From NCBI GenBank assembly GCA_964526265.1, contig CAZGIL010000002.1, positions 1 through 48,611 of the forward strand: DNA of 48,611 bases. The letters are read 5' to 3'. The notes below the pieces were generated by a model that made no database searches, had not been told where the DNA came from, and was given only the letters and a program-made list of their open reading frames with translations. This DNA is from Candidatus Woesearchaeota archaeon (GTDB taxonomy: Archaea; Nanobdellota; Nanobdellia; Pacearchaeales; GW2011-AR1). Position numbers and translations under genes: made by a program. This document shows, piece after piece, positions 26,629-35,932 of this stretch (its first letter is position 1; the number at the start of each line of letters is the position of its first letter).

Positions 26629-27708
26629 ATGAGGCAAATGCCGATTGAACCCTGCTGGTTTAATAATAAAAAACAAAAAATGAAAACACATAAAAATTTA
26701 TTTCAGGAAGTTTGTGAATTTGAAAACCTTTATAATGCTTACTTAAAAGCAAGAAGAGGCAAGAATAATTCTGCAGAAGTTCTTAAGTTTAATTATAATT
26801 TGGAAAATGAATTATTAAAACTGCAATGTGAATTAAGAAGCCAAACTTATAAAACAGGGAAATACAGGCATTTTATTATCTTGGAGCCAAAAGAGAGAAA
26901 AATTTCCGCTTTGCCTTTCAGAGACAGGGTTGTTCACCATGCTATTTGCACTGTTATTGAGATAATATTTGAAAAGAAATTTATTTATGATTCTTATGCC
27001 TGCAGAAAAGGAAAAGGCACTCATGCTGGAGCAGACAGAATTCAAAAGTTCATAAGAAAAGCCAATAATTACTATGTTTTAAAGTGCGATGTTTCAAAGT
27101 ATTTTCCAAGTGTAAATCATGAAATTCTAAAAAAACTCATAAGAGAAAAAATAGCAGACAAAAAACTCTTACAATTATTAGATAAAATAGTAGATAGTTC
27201 AGAAGAACAGAATATTCAAAGTTCTTTACAAAAAGGGATTCCTATCGGCAATTTAACCTCGCAGCTTTTTGCTAATATCTACCTTAATAAACTGGATGAA
27301 TATGTAAAATATGAGCTGAAAATAAACTACTACCTCCGTTATATGGATGATTTTGTCATAATGCATGAATCTAAAATATATTTGCATGAAGTAAAGGAAA
27401 AAATTATATTCTTCTTTGCTTCAATGAAATTAACACTTCACCCAAAAAAAGCAAATATTTTTCCTGTTGCATTAGGCATTGATTTTCTTGGTTATAGGAT
27501 TTTTAATAATCATAGATTAGTCAGAAAAAGCACTGTAAAAAGGTTTATAAAAAGTGTGAAAGGAAAAATAAAAAAATATAACCATCGCAATATTAATTTT
27601 GACAAGTTAATGGAGTCATTTAATTCATGGGAAGCTTATATGGACCAGGGAAATTCTTATAATTTAAAAAAAAGCTTGAACGAGGAGTATTTTAAAAATG
27701 TTATGTGA
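26629..27708 (+). CDS. DGR reverse transcriptase
   Basis: RT motifs include IGNLTSQLFAN (the DGR-specific I/LGxxxSQ) and YMDDFVIM (YxDD). The likely true start is the ATG at 26680 (MKTHKNLF). Confidence 0.9.
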   Translation: MRQMPIEPCWFNNKKQKMKTHKNLFQEVCEFENLYNAYLKARRGKNNSAEVLKFNYNLENELLKLQCELRSQTYKTGKYRHFIILEPKERKISALPFRDRVVHHAICTVIEIIFEKKFIYDSYACRKGKGTHAGADRIQKFIRKANNYYVLKCDVSKYFPSVNHEILKKLIREKIADKKLLQLLDKIVDSSEEQNIQSSLQKGIPIGNLTSQLFANIYLNKLDEYVKYELKINYYLRYMDDFVIMHESKIYLHEVKEKIIFFFASMKLTLHPKKANIFPVALGIDFLGYRIFNNHRLVRKSTVKRFIKSVKGKIKKYNHRNINFDKLMESFNSWEAYMDQGNSYNLKKSLNEEYFKNVM

Positions 27709-30700
27709 TTTATTAAAGAAGAGAGGATTACTGCTATTTTGTATTTTAATTTTTGTATTTAATTTAAGTCTGGTTTTTGCACTTGATTATTCTACTGGAA
27801 GTGCAGTATATGGTATCTTAGCTGACAGCGGGAATGCTAATATAACAGGAATTTTGAACTTGACCCTGCAGATGCGGGCTTGTTCTCTTGCAAATTGCTC
27901 TGGTGCAAACTGGTCTGCAGTTTACACTAATAATAGCTATACTTCTCTTATATCTTTAGGTAATGCAACTTATTTTCAGTATATGGCAACGTTTTTTACA
28001 GAAAACCAGAACTATACTCCCTACTTATTTAATGCAACAATAGATTATACTTATTTGGACATAACCAAGCCTTTGCTAAGTTTTGTAAGCCCTACACCCG
28101 AAAATAATTCAGGGGCTTCAGGAAGTTTTGTTGTAAATGTTTCAATAACTGAGGAGAATTTAAAAAATGTGACTTGGAACTGGAATGGGGCTTCAATATC
28201 CTTTAACTCAAGCAATGAAAGCTTAACTAATCTGGGCAGTGGAAACTGGATATTTACTTACACCCAATTAGGATTAGTAATTGGGCAAACTTATACTTAT
28301 AATGTATCTGTTTCAGATTATGCTGGAAATTCAAACTCAACAGAAACAAGAATTATAAAAGGAAATACTGCTCCAACATTTATTTCTGTTTCCAGTTCTC
28401 CAAATTCAACTGATTATGACAACTTAGACCCTGGTTTGGATGTTGTTGTAACCGTAAATGTTTCTGATACCGACAATAATTTTGATTCTGCAATCTTGCA
28501 GTGGAAAAATTCAACAGGAAGTTTTGGAGAAAATAATATAACTATGGAAAACACAACTGAAAAAGGTTATTATACTATTTTTAATGCAACTCTAACTCTT
28601 CCCTCTTATGAATCTAATATTACTTTTAGAATATTGGCAAATGATACTGCAGGCGATTCTGCTTATTCTTCTAATTATACTTTATCAAGCTTTTGGGACT
28701 GTACCTGGAGTGTTTCTCCTTCTTCATTAGAAGAAGTTGTTGGGTTTTACGAGGATAAGTTTGTAGGAGATATAATTTTGATTAATACTGGCGATTCTGC
28801 TTATTCCAATAATAATTGCACTATTAGTTTTACAACAGGATATACTGGATTTAGCTCTACTTATACAAATTTACTTGCAGATTCTGGTAATTGGGCAACA
28901 GGAAATAGAGCTTTTCAATACTCAAGCCCTACAACAGTAACAGCGTCTTCAAACCAAACAATTCAGATAAATGCCTCTTTTCCCTCTACAACATCTCCAT
29001 TCACAGAAACACCATCAATAAAAATAACCTCTTCAGTAAATGATAGCATAACAGGAACCAGAATTGCAAGTGTTTTATCTACTTTAATAACTGCTCCTCC
29101 AAATCCCCTGCTCTACCAGGAGATTTCAGATTATCCTTCCACTTATGTTTTTTTAACCCCTGGAAACTTTTCATTAAAGGCTTACGTAAGAAACTTGGGT
29201 TATGATAATTCTAATTCTGATAATACAACAGCTTATAATGTAAGCTTTAATTGGACATTGCCTTCTGCGATATCATCAAGAATTTCAGAAGGAGATGAAA
29301 CCAGCATTTACGAAATACTAAACACTTCAGCAAGGCAATACAATAATCTTACAATACTGTTCACTTCTGCGAACCTTGCTTCAATGTCAAAAGGAGCGTT
29401 TAATATTACAATATACTCGTATGGCTATAAGAATGAATCTGGAAATTTATCTCTAATAGAGAATTCAGGAGGCTATACTCTATTGAATGAAACAGTTGCA
29501 ATCCAATTTTTATGCTATGATACTTCTGATTCTGTCTGTGTTTCTGCCTGTGGCATTGGTGTTGACCCTGATTGCAAAGCTGCAGAAACTCCTGCTTCTT
29601 CAGGTGGCGGAGGTGGGGGCGGAGGCGGTGTTTCTCTAGGAGTGGCAGTAGCAACTTCAGCAGACTTTCAATTAGTAAGAGGAGAACAAAATGAGGTTAA
29701 GATTATATTTAAGAATAATGATGCAAATGAATCCTTGAAAGATTTGACTTTTTCTGTTTCTGGAAAAATCTCAAAGTATATTGAAATCAATCCTAAAACC
29801 CTCTCAGAATTGGGTCCCAAACAAGAAGCAACAATAATACTAACTATTACTTCCCCAACTTACATAGAATTGGGGAGGCAGGAATTAACAGTAACAATGA
29901 ATGGAAAAAAAGGCTCTTCTAGTTATACTGATTCTAAAAAAATAACTTTGGAAATACATGAGTTATCTATAAGTAAAGCCAGCCAAATGCTGAATGAATC
30001 AAGAGAATTAATTAATCAATTAAATGAAGCAAATCTATCTTATGATTATTTAAATGAATTATTAAATCAATCAGAAACTGAAATAAATAATTTTAATCTT
30101 GAAGTTGTAAGAGATAATTATAATACAATAAAAGAACAGGTTAACTACGCCTTGAATTCCAAGAAAATAATCACAGAATTAGAATCCTTGATTAAATCTG
30201 CTGAAGAAAAAGGAATTGATGTTTCTGAATCTGCAAGATTATTAGAACTTGCCCAGCTTTCAATGGAAAGGAGGGAATTTGCACAAGCTTATCAAAGAGT
30301 AAAAGATTCCCAGATGGCTTATGCACTTGGAGTTAAAGGAGAATTTGGAAAACTAAGCTACTATTTTAAAGAATATCCTGGAGAGATTTCTCTCGGGGCT
30401 ATTTTCTTAATTATTTTTTCATTTGGAGCTTATAATGTAAATAAATTAAGAATTGTGAAGAAAAGAATAAAGGAATTAAAGGAAGAGGAAAAGATTCTTA
30501 ATGAATTAATAAAAATTGTCCAAAACCAATGTTTCAAGGAAAAAAAGATGAGCATGGGGGAGTATGAAACAGCTATGAAGGAATACAATCAAAAGCTTTC
30601 AAATGTCATTGAAGAGCTGATTGAAATGGAAACAAAGAGGGCAAATATGCTGAGATTTACTTCAAAAACAAAAAGGCTTAAGATTGAAAAAGAAAAAATC

Positions 30701-30889
30701 ACAGATTTAATAAAAGAGCTTCAGGGGGACTACATGAAAAAGAAGAACCTTGAAACAAGAACTTATGAATTAAAGATGAACAGCTTTAATAGAAGATTAG
30801 CAGAGATTGAAGAAAAATTTGCAACTCTTGAAGCCAGGAAAGCTGTAAAAGGACTTGGAATATCTTTGAAAATTCCAAAAGGAGAGTAA
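27698..30889 (+). CDS. Large surface protein: signal peptide, NxS/T-rich ectodomain, Gly9 linker, coiled coil, C-proximal TM and basic coiled-coil tail
   Basis: 1063 aa. Hydrophobic N-terminus LLLFCILIFVFNLSLVFA, dozens of N-glycosylation sequons, GGGGGGGGG at 29603..29629, TM helix GAIFLIIFSFGAY. Confidence 0.6.
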   Translation: MLCDLLKKRGLLLFCILIFVFNLSLVFALDYSTGSAVYGILADSGNANITGILNLTLQMRACSLANCSGANWSAVYTNNSYTSLISLGNATYFQYMATFFTENQNYTPYLFNATIDYTYLDITKPLLSFVSPTPENNSGASGSFVVNVSITEENLKNVTWNWNGASISFNSSNESLTNLGSGNWIFTYTQLGLVIGQTYTYNVSVSDYAGNSNSTETRIIKGNTAPTFISVSSSPNSTDYDNLDPGLDVVVTVNVSDTDNNFDSAILQWKNSTGSFGENNITMENTTEKGYYTIFNATLTLPSYESNITFRILANDTAGDSAYSSNYTLSSFWDCTWSVSPSSLEEVVGFYEDKFVGDIILINTGDSAYSNNNCTISFTTGYTGFSSTYTNLLADSGNWATGNRAFQYSSPTTVTASSNQTIQINASFPSTTSPFTETPSIKITSSVNDSITGTRIASVLSTLITAPPNPLLYQEISDYPSTYVFLTPGNFSLKAYVRNLGYDNSNSDNTTAYNVSFNWTLPSAISSRISEGDETSIYEILNTSARQYNNLTILFTSANLASMSKGAFNITIYSYGYKNESGNLSLIENSGGYTLLNETVAIQFLCYDTSDSVCVSACGIGVDPDCKAAETPASSGGGGGGGGGVSLGVAVATSADFQLVRGEQNEVKIIFKNNDANESLKDLTFSVSGKISKYIEINPKTLSELGPKQEATIILTITSPTYIELGRQELTVTMNGKKGSSSYTDSKKITLEIHELSISKASQMLNESRELINQLNEANLSYDYLNELLNQSETEINNFNLEVVRDNYNTIKEQVNYALNSKKIITELESLIKSAEEKGIDVSESARLLELAQLSMERREFAQAYQRVKDSQMAYALGVKGEFGKLSYYFKEYPGEISLGAIFLIIFSFGAYNVNKLRIVKKRIKELKEEEKILNELIKIVQNQCFKEKKMSMGEYETAMKEYNQKLSNVIEELIEMETKRANMLRFTSKTKRLKIEKEKITDLIKELQGDYMKKKNLETRTYELKMNSFNRRLAEIEEKFATLEARKAVKGLGISLKIPKGE

Positions 30890-30890
30890 A

Positions 30891-31757
30891 ATGAAATTAA
30901 ACATAAATTATAAACTTGTAATTTTAACCATAATAATTGGGTTATTTTTAATTTCAGGTTCTTTCGCTTTAAATACAATAGCCAACAACGAGTCAATCCA
31001 AGCAAAAAGCACATTAAATCAGGCAGAAAAAGATATTTCTGAAATGATGTCTAAGAATATAAGTATTTTAAGAGTAAATGAAACTTATCAGGAAGCTGTT
31101 CAGCTTTATTCAGCACAACTGGCTTTAGAAGAAAAAAATGGTAGGGCAGATTATAAACTGGTAATTGAATATGCCTCAAAAATAAGTTCAATTAAAAAAA
31201 TAGCTCTTGAAGCTGACGACGAATTAATCGTTTTCAAGAAAAATTATGAAAATGCAGAAAAACAAGCTAATCTTTCCGGAATGCAGGAGGATTATAATCA
31301 AATTATTCTTTCCTTTAATGAAGAGAGATTTGAAGATACCCTTAATTTAATTAAAAAAGGGTATGATAGAATTTCTGAAATACAATCAAGCCAGACTGCA
31401 ATGAATTTGGTTTATTTAGCAACCTCAAGAACAATTAAGAATTTTTTTATAAAAAATGGACTAAAAATAGTAATTATTGGGGGTATTGCTTTATTTTTAT
31501 TGCTGATTTTCTGGAATACTTTGACTAGATTAAGAATGAGAATAAAACTAAATAATTTGATTATGCAAAAAAAGGCAATAAATGGGTTAATTAAAGAAAT
31601 GCAGGAGACTTATTTTAAAAGCAAGAAAATGTCTGAAACAGAATATAAAATAAAATTAAAAAATTATGAAGAATTTATAAGAGACATAGAAAGGCAGATA
31701 ATGGTTTTAAAAGAAGAAACGTTTAAAATAAATAAAAAGGCAAAAAATAGAAGGTGA
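30891..31757 (+). CDS. Membrane coiled-coil protein, paralogous to the C-terminal third of the preceding gene
   Basis: Shares the TM plus L-x-LIK..Q...FK.KKMS..EY....K.Y motif with residues ~900-1000 of the 1063-aa protein. Starts 2 nt after its stop. Confidence 0.5.
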   Translation: MKLNINYKLVILTIIIGLFLISGSFALNTIANNESIQAKSTLNQAEKDISEMMSKNISILRVNETYQEAVQLYSAQLALEEKNGRADYKLVIEYASKISSIKKIALEADDELIVFKKNYENAEKQANLSGMQEDYNQIILSFNEERFEDTLNLIKKGYDRISEIQSSQTAMNLVYLATSRTIKNFFIKNGLKIVIIGGIALFLLLIFWNTLTRLRMRIKLNNLIMQKKAINGLIKEMQETYFKSKKMSETEYKIKLKNYEEFIRDIERQIMVLKEETFKINKKAKNRR

Positions 31758-31901
31758 TGTAGAAGAAACTAATAATAGAGTAGAATTATTTCTTCCAAAT
31801 CAGCCACAAATTAATCCACTTTTGAAGCCTAGATTTTTTCTTAAGTTTTTCAATTTCTTCTTTTTGCTCTTTCACTTGTTGTTCTAAGTTTTGTTTTTCC
31901 A

Positions 31902-33062
31902 TTATGCGTGAACCATTCCAAATTTAGTATTAGTAATATTGAGTCTTCCAAGAACAATTTTTAATTCTTCTTCAACCCGATTTAGTCTTTCCTGTATGAT
32001 TTCTTTCTCTTTCTCGGATTTTGCAAGCTTCTGTTCAATTTCAGTTTTAGTAATATCAACTAGTAAATCATCTTCACTTATTGTGTCTTTCATGCCTAAT
32101 AACTCGGAATAATAATGAATCTTATCTGAATTTTTCCAACCAAATCTATATTTCAATGCAGATTCAGATTTATATCTAGGCAACCAATAACAACAAGCAT
32201 TATGCCTAAAATCATACATAGTTAGTTCAGAATACTTTTGTCCCGCGAGGCTTTCAATATCTCCAAAAAGTTTTCTTCCTAACCTTTTCAAATATCTGTT
32301 AACAACAACAGGAGATATTGGAAATAAGTAATCGTTTGAAGTCAAATTATTATCCTTGATATAATCTTTTAATAAATTAGTACAAAGAAGCAATTTTATT
32401 CTTCTGCCAAAAGTCTTGCTTATTTCATCTCTTATATTAAGTTCCTTACAATCTTGGGATAAATCTGCTACTCTGATATTAACCAACTCTGTAGGGGCTC
32501 TTATTCCAGTATCAAATAAGAACATCATCAATACTTTATAACCGTATTTTGCCTTTTCACATAGTTCCCTTATCTGTTCTTCTGTTAAATATACCCAGTC
32601 TGGCTTATTCCCAGAAGTATCCAAGTCAATTGTAATGTCTGGGATATCAATTCCTTTCTTTCTATTTACTTTTTGATACCAGTGCCAGAATGCCTTAAAA
32701 TTTTTAGCATAATCCTGGACTGATTTGTAGATTTTATTTTCTCTTGTCTTTATTTCTCCATTTCTCATAGCTGAAAATAAATCTAATAACTGTTCTTCTT
32801 TTAATTTGCTTGTATCTAATAATTGATATCTTCTTTCAACTTGAGACATTAAGAAAAATAATCTTGATTTTAGATTATTCAACCTCATACAACTTCTACT
32901 CCCTTTTACACTTGTACTGGATATATTGATTCCTTTCTCCATGTCAAATAAGTAGTTCAGAAGCAATCCTGAATTGATCTGGCTTATTCCAGGAATGCCT
33001 GACCTAAATTTCTCTTTCCAAGCTTGCCATCTTGCGTCATGTTTATATGGATCTATTTTCAT
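31902..33062 (-). CDS. int: Tyrosine recombinase / integrase
   Basis: FDTGIRAPTEL (box I Arg), YDFRHNACCYW (His-x-x-Arg region), GWKNSDKIHYY (catalytic Tyr region). Intact, with the att repeat 87 nt upstream of the start. Confidence 0.8.
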   Translation of the reverse strand: MKIDPYKHDARWQAWKEKFRSGIPGISQINSGLLLNYLFDMEKGINISSTSVKGSRSCMRLNNLKSRLFFLMSQVERRYQLLDTSKLKEEQLLDLFSAMRNGEIKTRENKIYKSVQDYAKNFKAFWHWYQKVNRKKGIDIPDITIDLDTSGNKPDWVYLTEEQIRELCEKAKYGYKVLMMFLFDTGIRAPTELVNIRVADLSQDCKELNIRDEISKTFGRRIKLLLCTNLLKDYIKDNNLTSNDYLFPISPVVVNRYLKRLGRKLFGDIESLAGQKYSELTMYDFRHNACCYWLPRYKSESALKYRFGWKNSDKIHYYSELLGMKDTISEDDLLVDITKTEIEQKLAKSEKEKEIIQERLNRVEEELKIVLGRLNITNTKFGMVHA

Positions 33063-33148
33063 GTTTTGTCGAGGGCAATTAACTTTTTATATGTCTGGTA
33101 TAAAGTTTATACCGATGCCCCTAAAATCTGCCAAGAAGGTTTCGATAT

Positions 33149-33161
33149 CGGCGGGGGCATA
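33149..33161 (+). repeat. att-type direct repeat copy 2 (cggcgggggcata)
   Basis: Identical to the tRNA-Glu 3' end at 10570..10582. The flanking gtttcgatat loosely resembles the tRNA T-arm. Confidence 0.6.
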
Positions 33162-33304
33162 CATACTCCATGGTCTTTTAGTGGGATCTCGGTAGGTTTT
33201 TGGATTATTTTGTCGAGATAGTCCAGTATCTCTTTAAGTTTTAGTAATATTTCTTCAGTATTCATAGATAGTTTAGAAAGAGGTTAATAATAAGTCACGA
33301 TAGG

Positions 33305-34057
33305 TTAGTTTTTTGCTTGTTTCCAAAGAAGATGAAAGTATTCCCTATAACTATCTGCATTTTCTTTATTTTTTATCATAAATGCAATAGGGTTCTTTAT
33401 CCATAGAGCAATAATAACCTTGTCTTTGTAAATATTAGCTGCAGATCTTGTAACTTGTGGAAGATATCTTACTTTTGTTAATGGTAATTTTTCCTCGTCT
33501 GCTCCGGTAGTCTCTCTTACATCTTCATTGAAAATTATCTTTGTCTTTATACCTTTCTTGAGTTTTTTCTTATTAAATTGTATAAAGAAATCTCGAGTCC
33601 ATGTAAGAGGTAATCCTCCTCTAGCCCCAAACACATAATATTCTTCTCCTTTCTCAAGTGTCCTTAGAATATCATCAAAAGCTGCTTTAATTCCCTTATA
33701 TCCTTCATAGATTTTTGCTTCAGTTTTATCTGTAGGAATTTTTCTTTTTTTGTAAAGCAGAGGGATTATATTCTTTATGTTTTTTGACTGATCTCTAAGT
33801 TTATCTTCTTTATCCTTAATGAAATCTATTAAGATGTCTGGCTCTGAAGCTTGGTAATATTTTTTATTTTCTCTTATAACATAAGATACCAAACCATGTC
33901 TTATAAGTAAGTCTAATGAATGATAGACTGTTGAACTTTGAAGACCTGTTTTTTTAATAATAATTCCTGTTGTTGAAGGCTCTAGCTCTAATAAAATTAG
34001 ATATACCTTTATCTCTGAATCTGTTAATCCAATATCTCTTAATGTTTGTTCTATCAT
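33305..34057 (-). CDS. TrmB-family transcriptional regulator
   Basis: N-terminal LGLTDSEIKVYLILLELEPSTTGIIIKKTGLQSSTVYHSLDLLIRHGLV is the TrmB wHTH signature. Confidence 0.75.
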   Translation of the reverse strand: MIEQTLRDIGLTDSEIKVYLILLELEPSTTGIIIKKTGLQSSTVYHSLDLLIRHGLVSYVIRENKKYYQASEPDILIDFIKDKEDKLRDQSKNIKNIIPLLYKKRKIPTDKTEAKIYEGYKGIKAAFDDILRTLEKGEEYYVFGARGGLPLTWTRDFFIQFNKKKLKKGIKTKIIFNEDVRETTGADEEKLPLTKVRYLPQVTRSAANIYKDKVIIALWIKNPIAFMIKNKENADSYREYFHLLWKQAKN

Positions 34058-34155
34058 TAATAATTTTAATCTTTTAGGGTTTAAAAATTTAACTATAACT
34101 CTCCAACTATTGGAAAGCAGTAGTTTATTAATATACTCTTTTCAAAGAAAATACA

Positions 34156-35244
34156 ATGAATTTGGAATACAGAATGGATGGGAAATTTAGAATGCCCTGC
34201 AAGTTGAGAGATGGAACTATGCAAGATAACTTTATTCTTCATCTCTTTAGTTTTCCGACAAATAATCCATTTTTGGCTCCAGAGGAACATTTTCATGTTA
34301 TTACCTTGGGAAATATTGAAAGAAAAAAAGATTTACTTATGAGAATAGAATCTGCGTGTACTTATGCCCATTTATATGGTTCTCAGTTATGTGATTGCCA
34401 GTATCAAAGAGACGAATCTTTACTAAGAATCTCGCAGGAAAATCGAGGGATGTATATTTATTGCCTTGATCAAAATGGAAGAGGTACTGGAATAGTTAAT
34501 CATATTAAAGCATATCAAACTGAACAAGATCTAGGTCTTGATACTGTTGAAGCCCATAAGCATCTGGGTTTCCCAGATGATGCAAGAGATTATGCTCCTA
34601 TAATAAAGATACTTAATCATTTTAGTATTTCTTCTGTTAGATTAATGACAAATAATCCTAAAAGATTAAAGGCATTGCAAGAAGCAGGTATTCAAGTTAA
34701 AAGAGTTCCATTGCAGGGACCACTTCATAAATATAATATTGGAGAATTAAAGACTAAACAACAAAAGTTGGGACATCTCTATGATTATGATTTTTCTTCG
34801 CAAGTTCCTATATTGGAGAAAGATGAAGAATGGATGAAGTTTGCTATTGAGCTAGCAAAAAGCAAGGGATTAGTTCAGGATAAACCTCTTGTGGGAGCTG
34901 TTGTAACCAATAATGGAAAATTTGTAAGTGATGGCTATGGAGTTCAAGGAACACATATGCATGCAGAAGTAATGGCTATTATGAATGCGGGGAAAAAAGC
35001 AAAAAATGGGACTTTGTATACAACTTTAGAACCTTGCATTGATGCATATACCTTTCCGTCCTGTTGCAGAAAAGCAATAGAATCTGGAATTTCTGAAGTT
35101 GTTTTTGGATCTATTGACCCTCATCCGATAGTTGATGGTAGGGGAATCAGAACATTAGAAAATGCTGGAATCAAAACAAGAAGTGTGTTAACAGAAGAAA
35201 CTGATAAATTAATTAGCGAATGGATTAAAAAATGGAGAAGTTAA
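34156..35244 (+). CDS. Fusion: GTP cyclohydrolase II (RibA) + pyrimidine deaminase domain of RibD (no reductase domain)
   Basis: RibA zinc triad ESACTYAHLYGSQLCDC, QNGRGTG, RLMTNNPKRL. Then HAEVMAI ... TLEPC...PSCC, the CDA-type zinc motif as in the RibD N-domain. Confidence 0.75.
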   Translation: MNLEYRMDGKFRMPCKLRDGTMQDNFILHLFSFPTNNPFLAPEEHFHVITLGNIERKKDLLMRIESACTYAHLYGSQLCDCQYQRDESLLRISQENRGMYIYCLDQNGRGTGIVNHIKAYQTEQDLGLDTVEAHKHLGFPDDARDYAPIIKILNHFSISSVRLMTNNPKRLKALQEAGIQVKRVPLQGPLHKYNIGELKTKQQKLGHLYDYDFSSQVPILEKDEEWMKFAIELAKSKGLVQDKPLVGAVVTNNGKFVSDGYGVQGTHMHAEVMAIMNAGKKAKNGTLYTTLEPCIDAYTFPSCCRKAIESGISEVVFGSIDPHPIVDGRGIRTLENAGIKTRSVLTEETDKLISEWIKKWRS

Positions 35245-35245
35245 T

Positions 35246-35803
35246 ATGAAAATAGGAGTATATGGTTCTGCATCTGGGAAAATTTCAGAGGTGGTTAGAA
35301 ATAAAGCAAGAATAATAGGACAACAAATAGCATTAAGAGGACATGATTTGATAACTGGGGCATGTTGTGGTTTGCCTTATGATGCAGTAGTTGCTGCTTG
35401 TCAAGTCCACAACAGAAAGGGAAAAATAATTGGTTACTCTCCGGCAATAAGTTTAGCAGAACATAAAAAATTTGAAATGCCTACAGATGGATTTGATATT
35501 ATTAATTTTATTGATGAAATTTATATTGATCTTCCAAAAAGTTCAAGATTCAAATTAAGAAATGTTCTATCTGTTAATGCCTGCGATACAGCAGTGTTTA
35601 TTGCTGGGGGAATAGGTACAACGAATGAGTTCACAGATGCTTATGATCTTGGAAAAAACATCGGAATTCTTCTAAACACTGGTGGGTTTTCTGATTTAGC
35701 TAAGGAAATTGTAGATGCTCTCGGGAGAGAAAAGAATCTAAGAGTCGTATATTCCACTAATCCCAAAAAATTGATTGGAACACTTGAAAATGAACACAAA
35801 TAA
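35246..35803 (+). CDS. LOG/TIGR00725-like Rossmann-fold protein (putative nucleotide N-ribohydrolase)
   Basis: MKIGVYGSAS start and AGGIGTTNEF, matching the LOG-family PGGxGTxxE motif. Confidence 0.55.
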   Translation: MKIGVYGSASGKISEVVRNKARIIGQQIALRGHDLITGACCGLPYDAVVAACQVHNRKGKIIGYSPAISLAEHKKFEMPTDGFDIINFIDEIYIDLPKSSRFKLRNVLSVNACDTAVFIAGGIGTTNEFTDAYDLGKNIGILLNTGGFSDLAKEIVDALGREKNLRVVYSTNPKKLIGTLENEHK

Positions 35804-35930
35804 ATTCACAATAACAAAGAAAATAGCCAAGCATGGCAATCAAGCTGTAATTTGCATTCCAAAATTACTTGAAGAACAACTTAAACCCGGAACTATTGCA
35901 GAAATAACTATTGAAGTTCTTGAGGAATAA
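35790..35930 (+). CDS. Small SpoVT/AbrB-like protein (46 aa)
   Basis: Hand-translated MNTNKFTITKKIAKHGNQAVICIPKLLEEQLKPGTIAEITIEVLEE. Below the ORF-track cutoff. Overlaps the end of the LOG-like gene. Confidence 0.3.
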   Translation: MNTNKFTITKKIAKHGNQAVICIPKLLEEQLKPGTIAEITIEVLEE

Positions 35931-35932
35931 TC

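Larger units (their letters stand above)
10581..33160. mobile_element. Integrated element A: tRNA-inserted, integrase-bearing, VirB4-encoding (conjugative/ICE-like), with DGR cargo
   Basis: Bounded by repeat copies at 10570 and 33149. The tyrosine integrase lies 87 nt from the right repeat. Cargo is accessory-type: MTase, T4SS-like genes, TA-like pairs, DGR. Confidence 0.65.

Noticed and set aside
29603-29629. G-rich tract ggtggcggaggtgggggcggaggcggt, considered as a repeat or G-quadruplex element
   Set aside because: It is in frame and encodes a Gly9 linker inside the 1063-aa surface protein. No further copies were seen.
10581-33160. Provirus interpretation of element A
   Set aside because: No capsid, portal, terminase or packaging ATPase genes are recognisable. 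The VirB4/VirB6/pilin-like cluster favours a conjugative or transfer element. The Bro-N gene alone is not diagnostic.
33107-33265. 52-aa minus-strand ORF spanning att copy 2 (the core reads ...CMPPPI...), considered as a split (SSV-type) integrase N-terminal fragment
   Set aside because: It is in a different frame from the integrase, which is full-length with its own ATG. The ORF is chimeric across the element A/B junction and is probably fortuitous.
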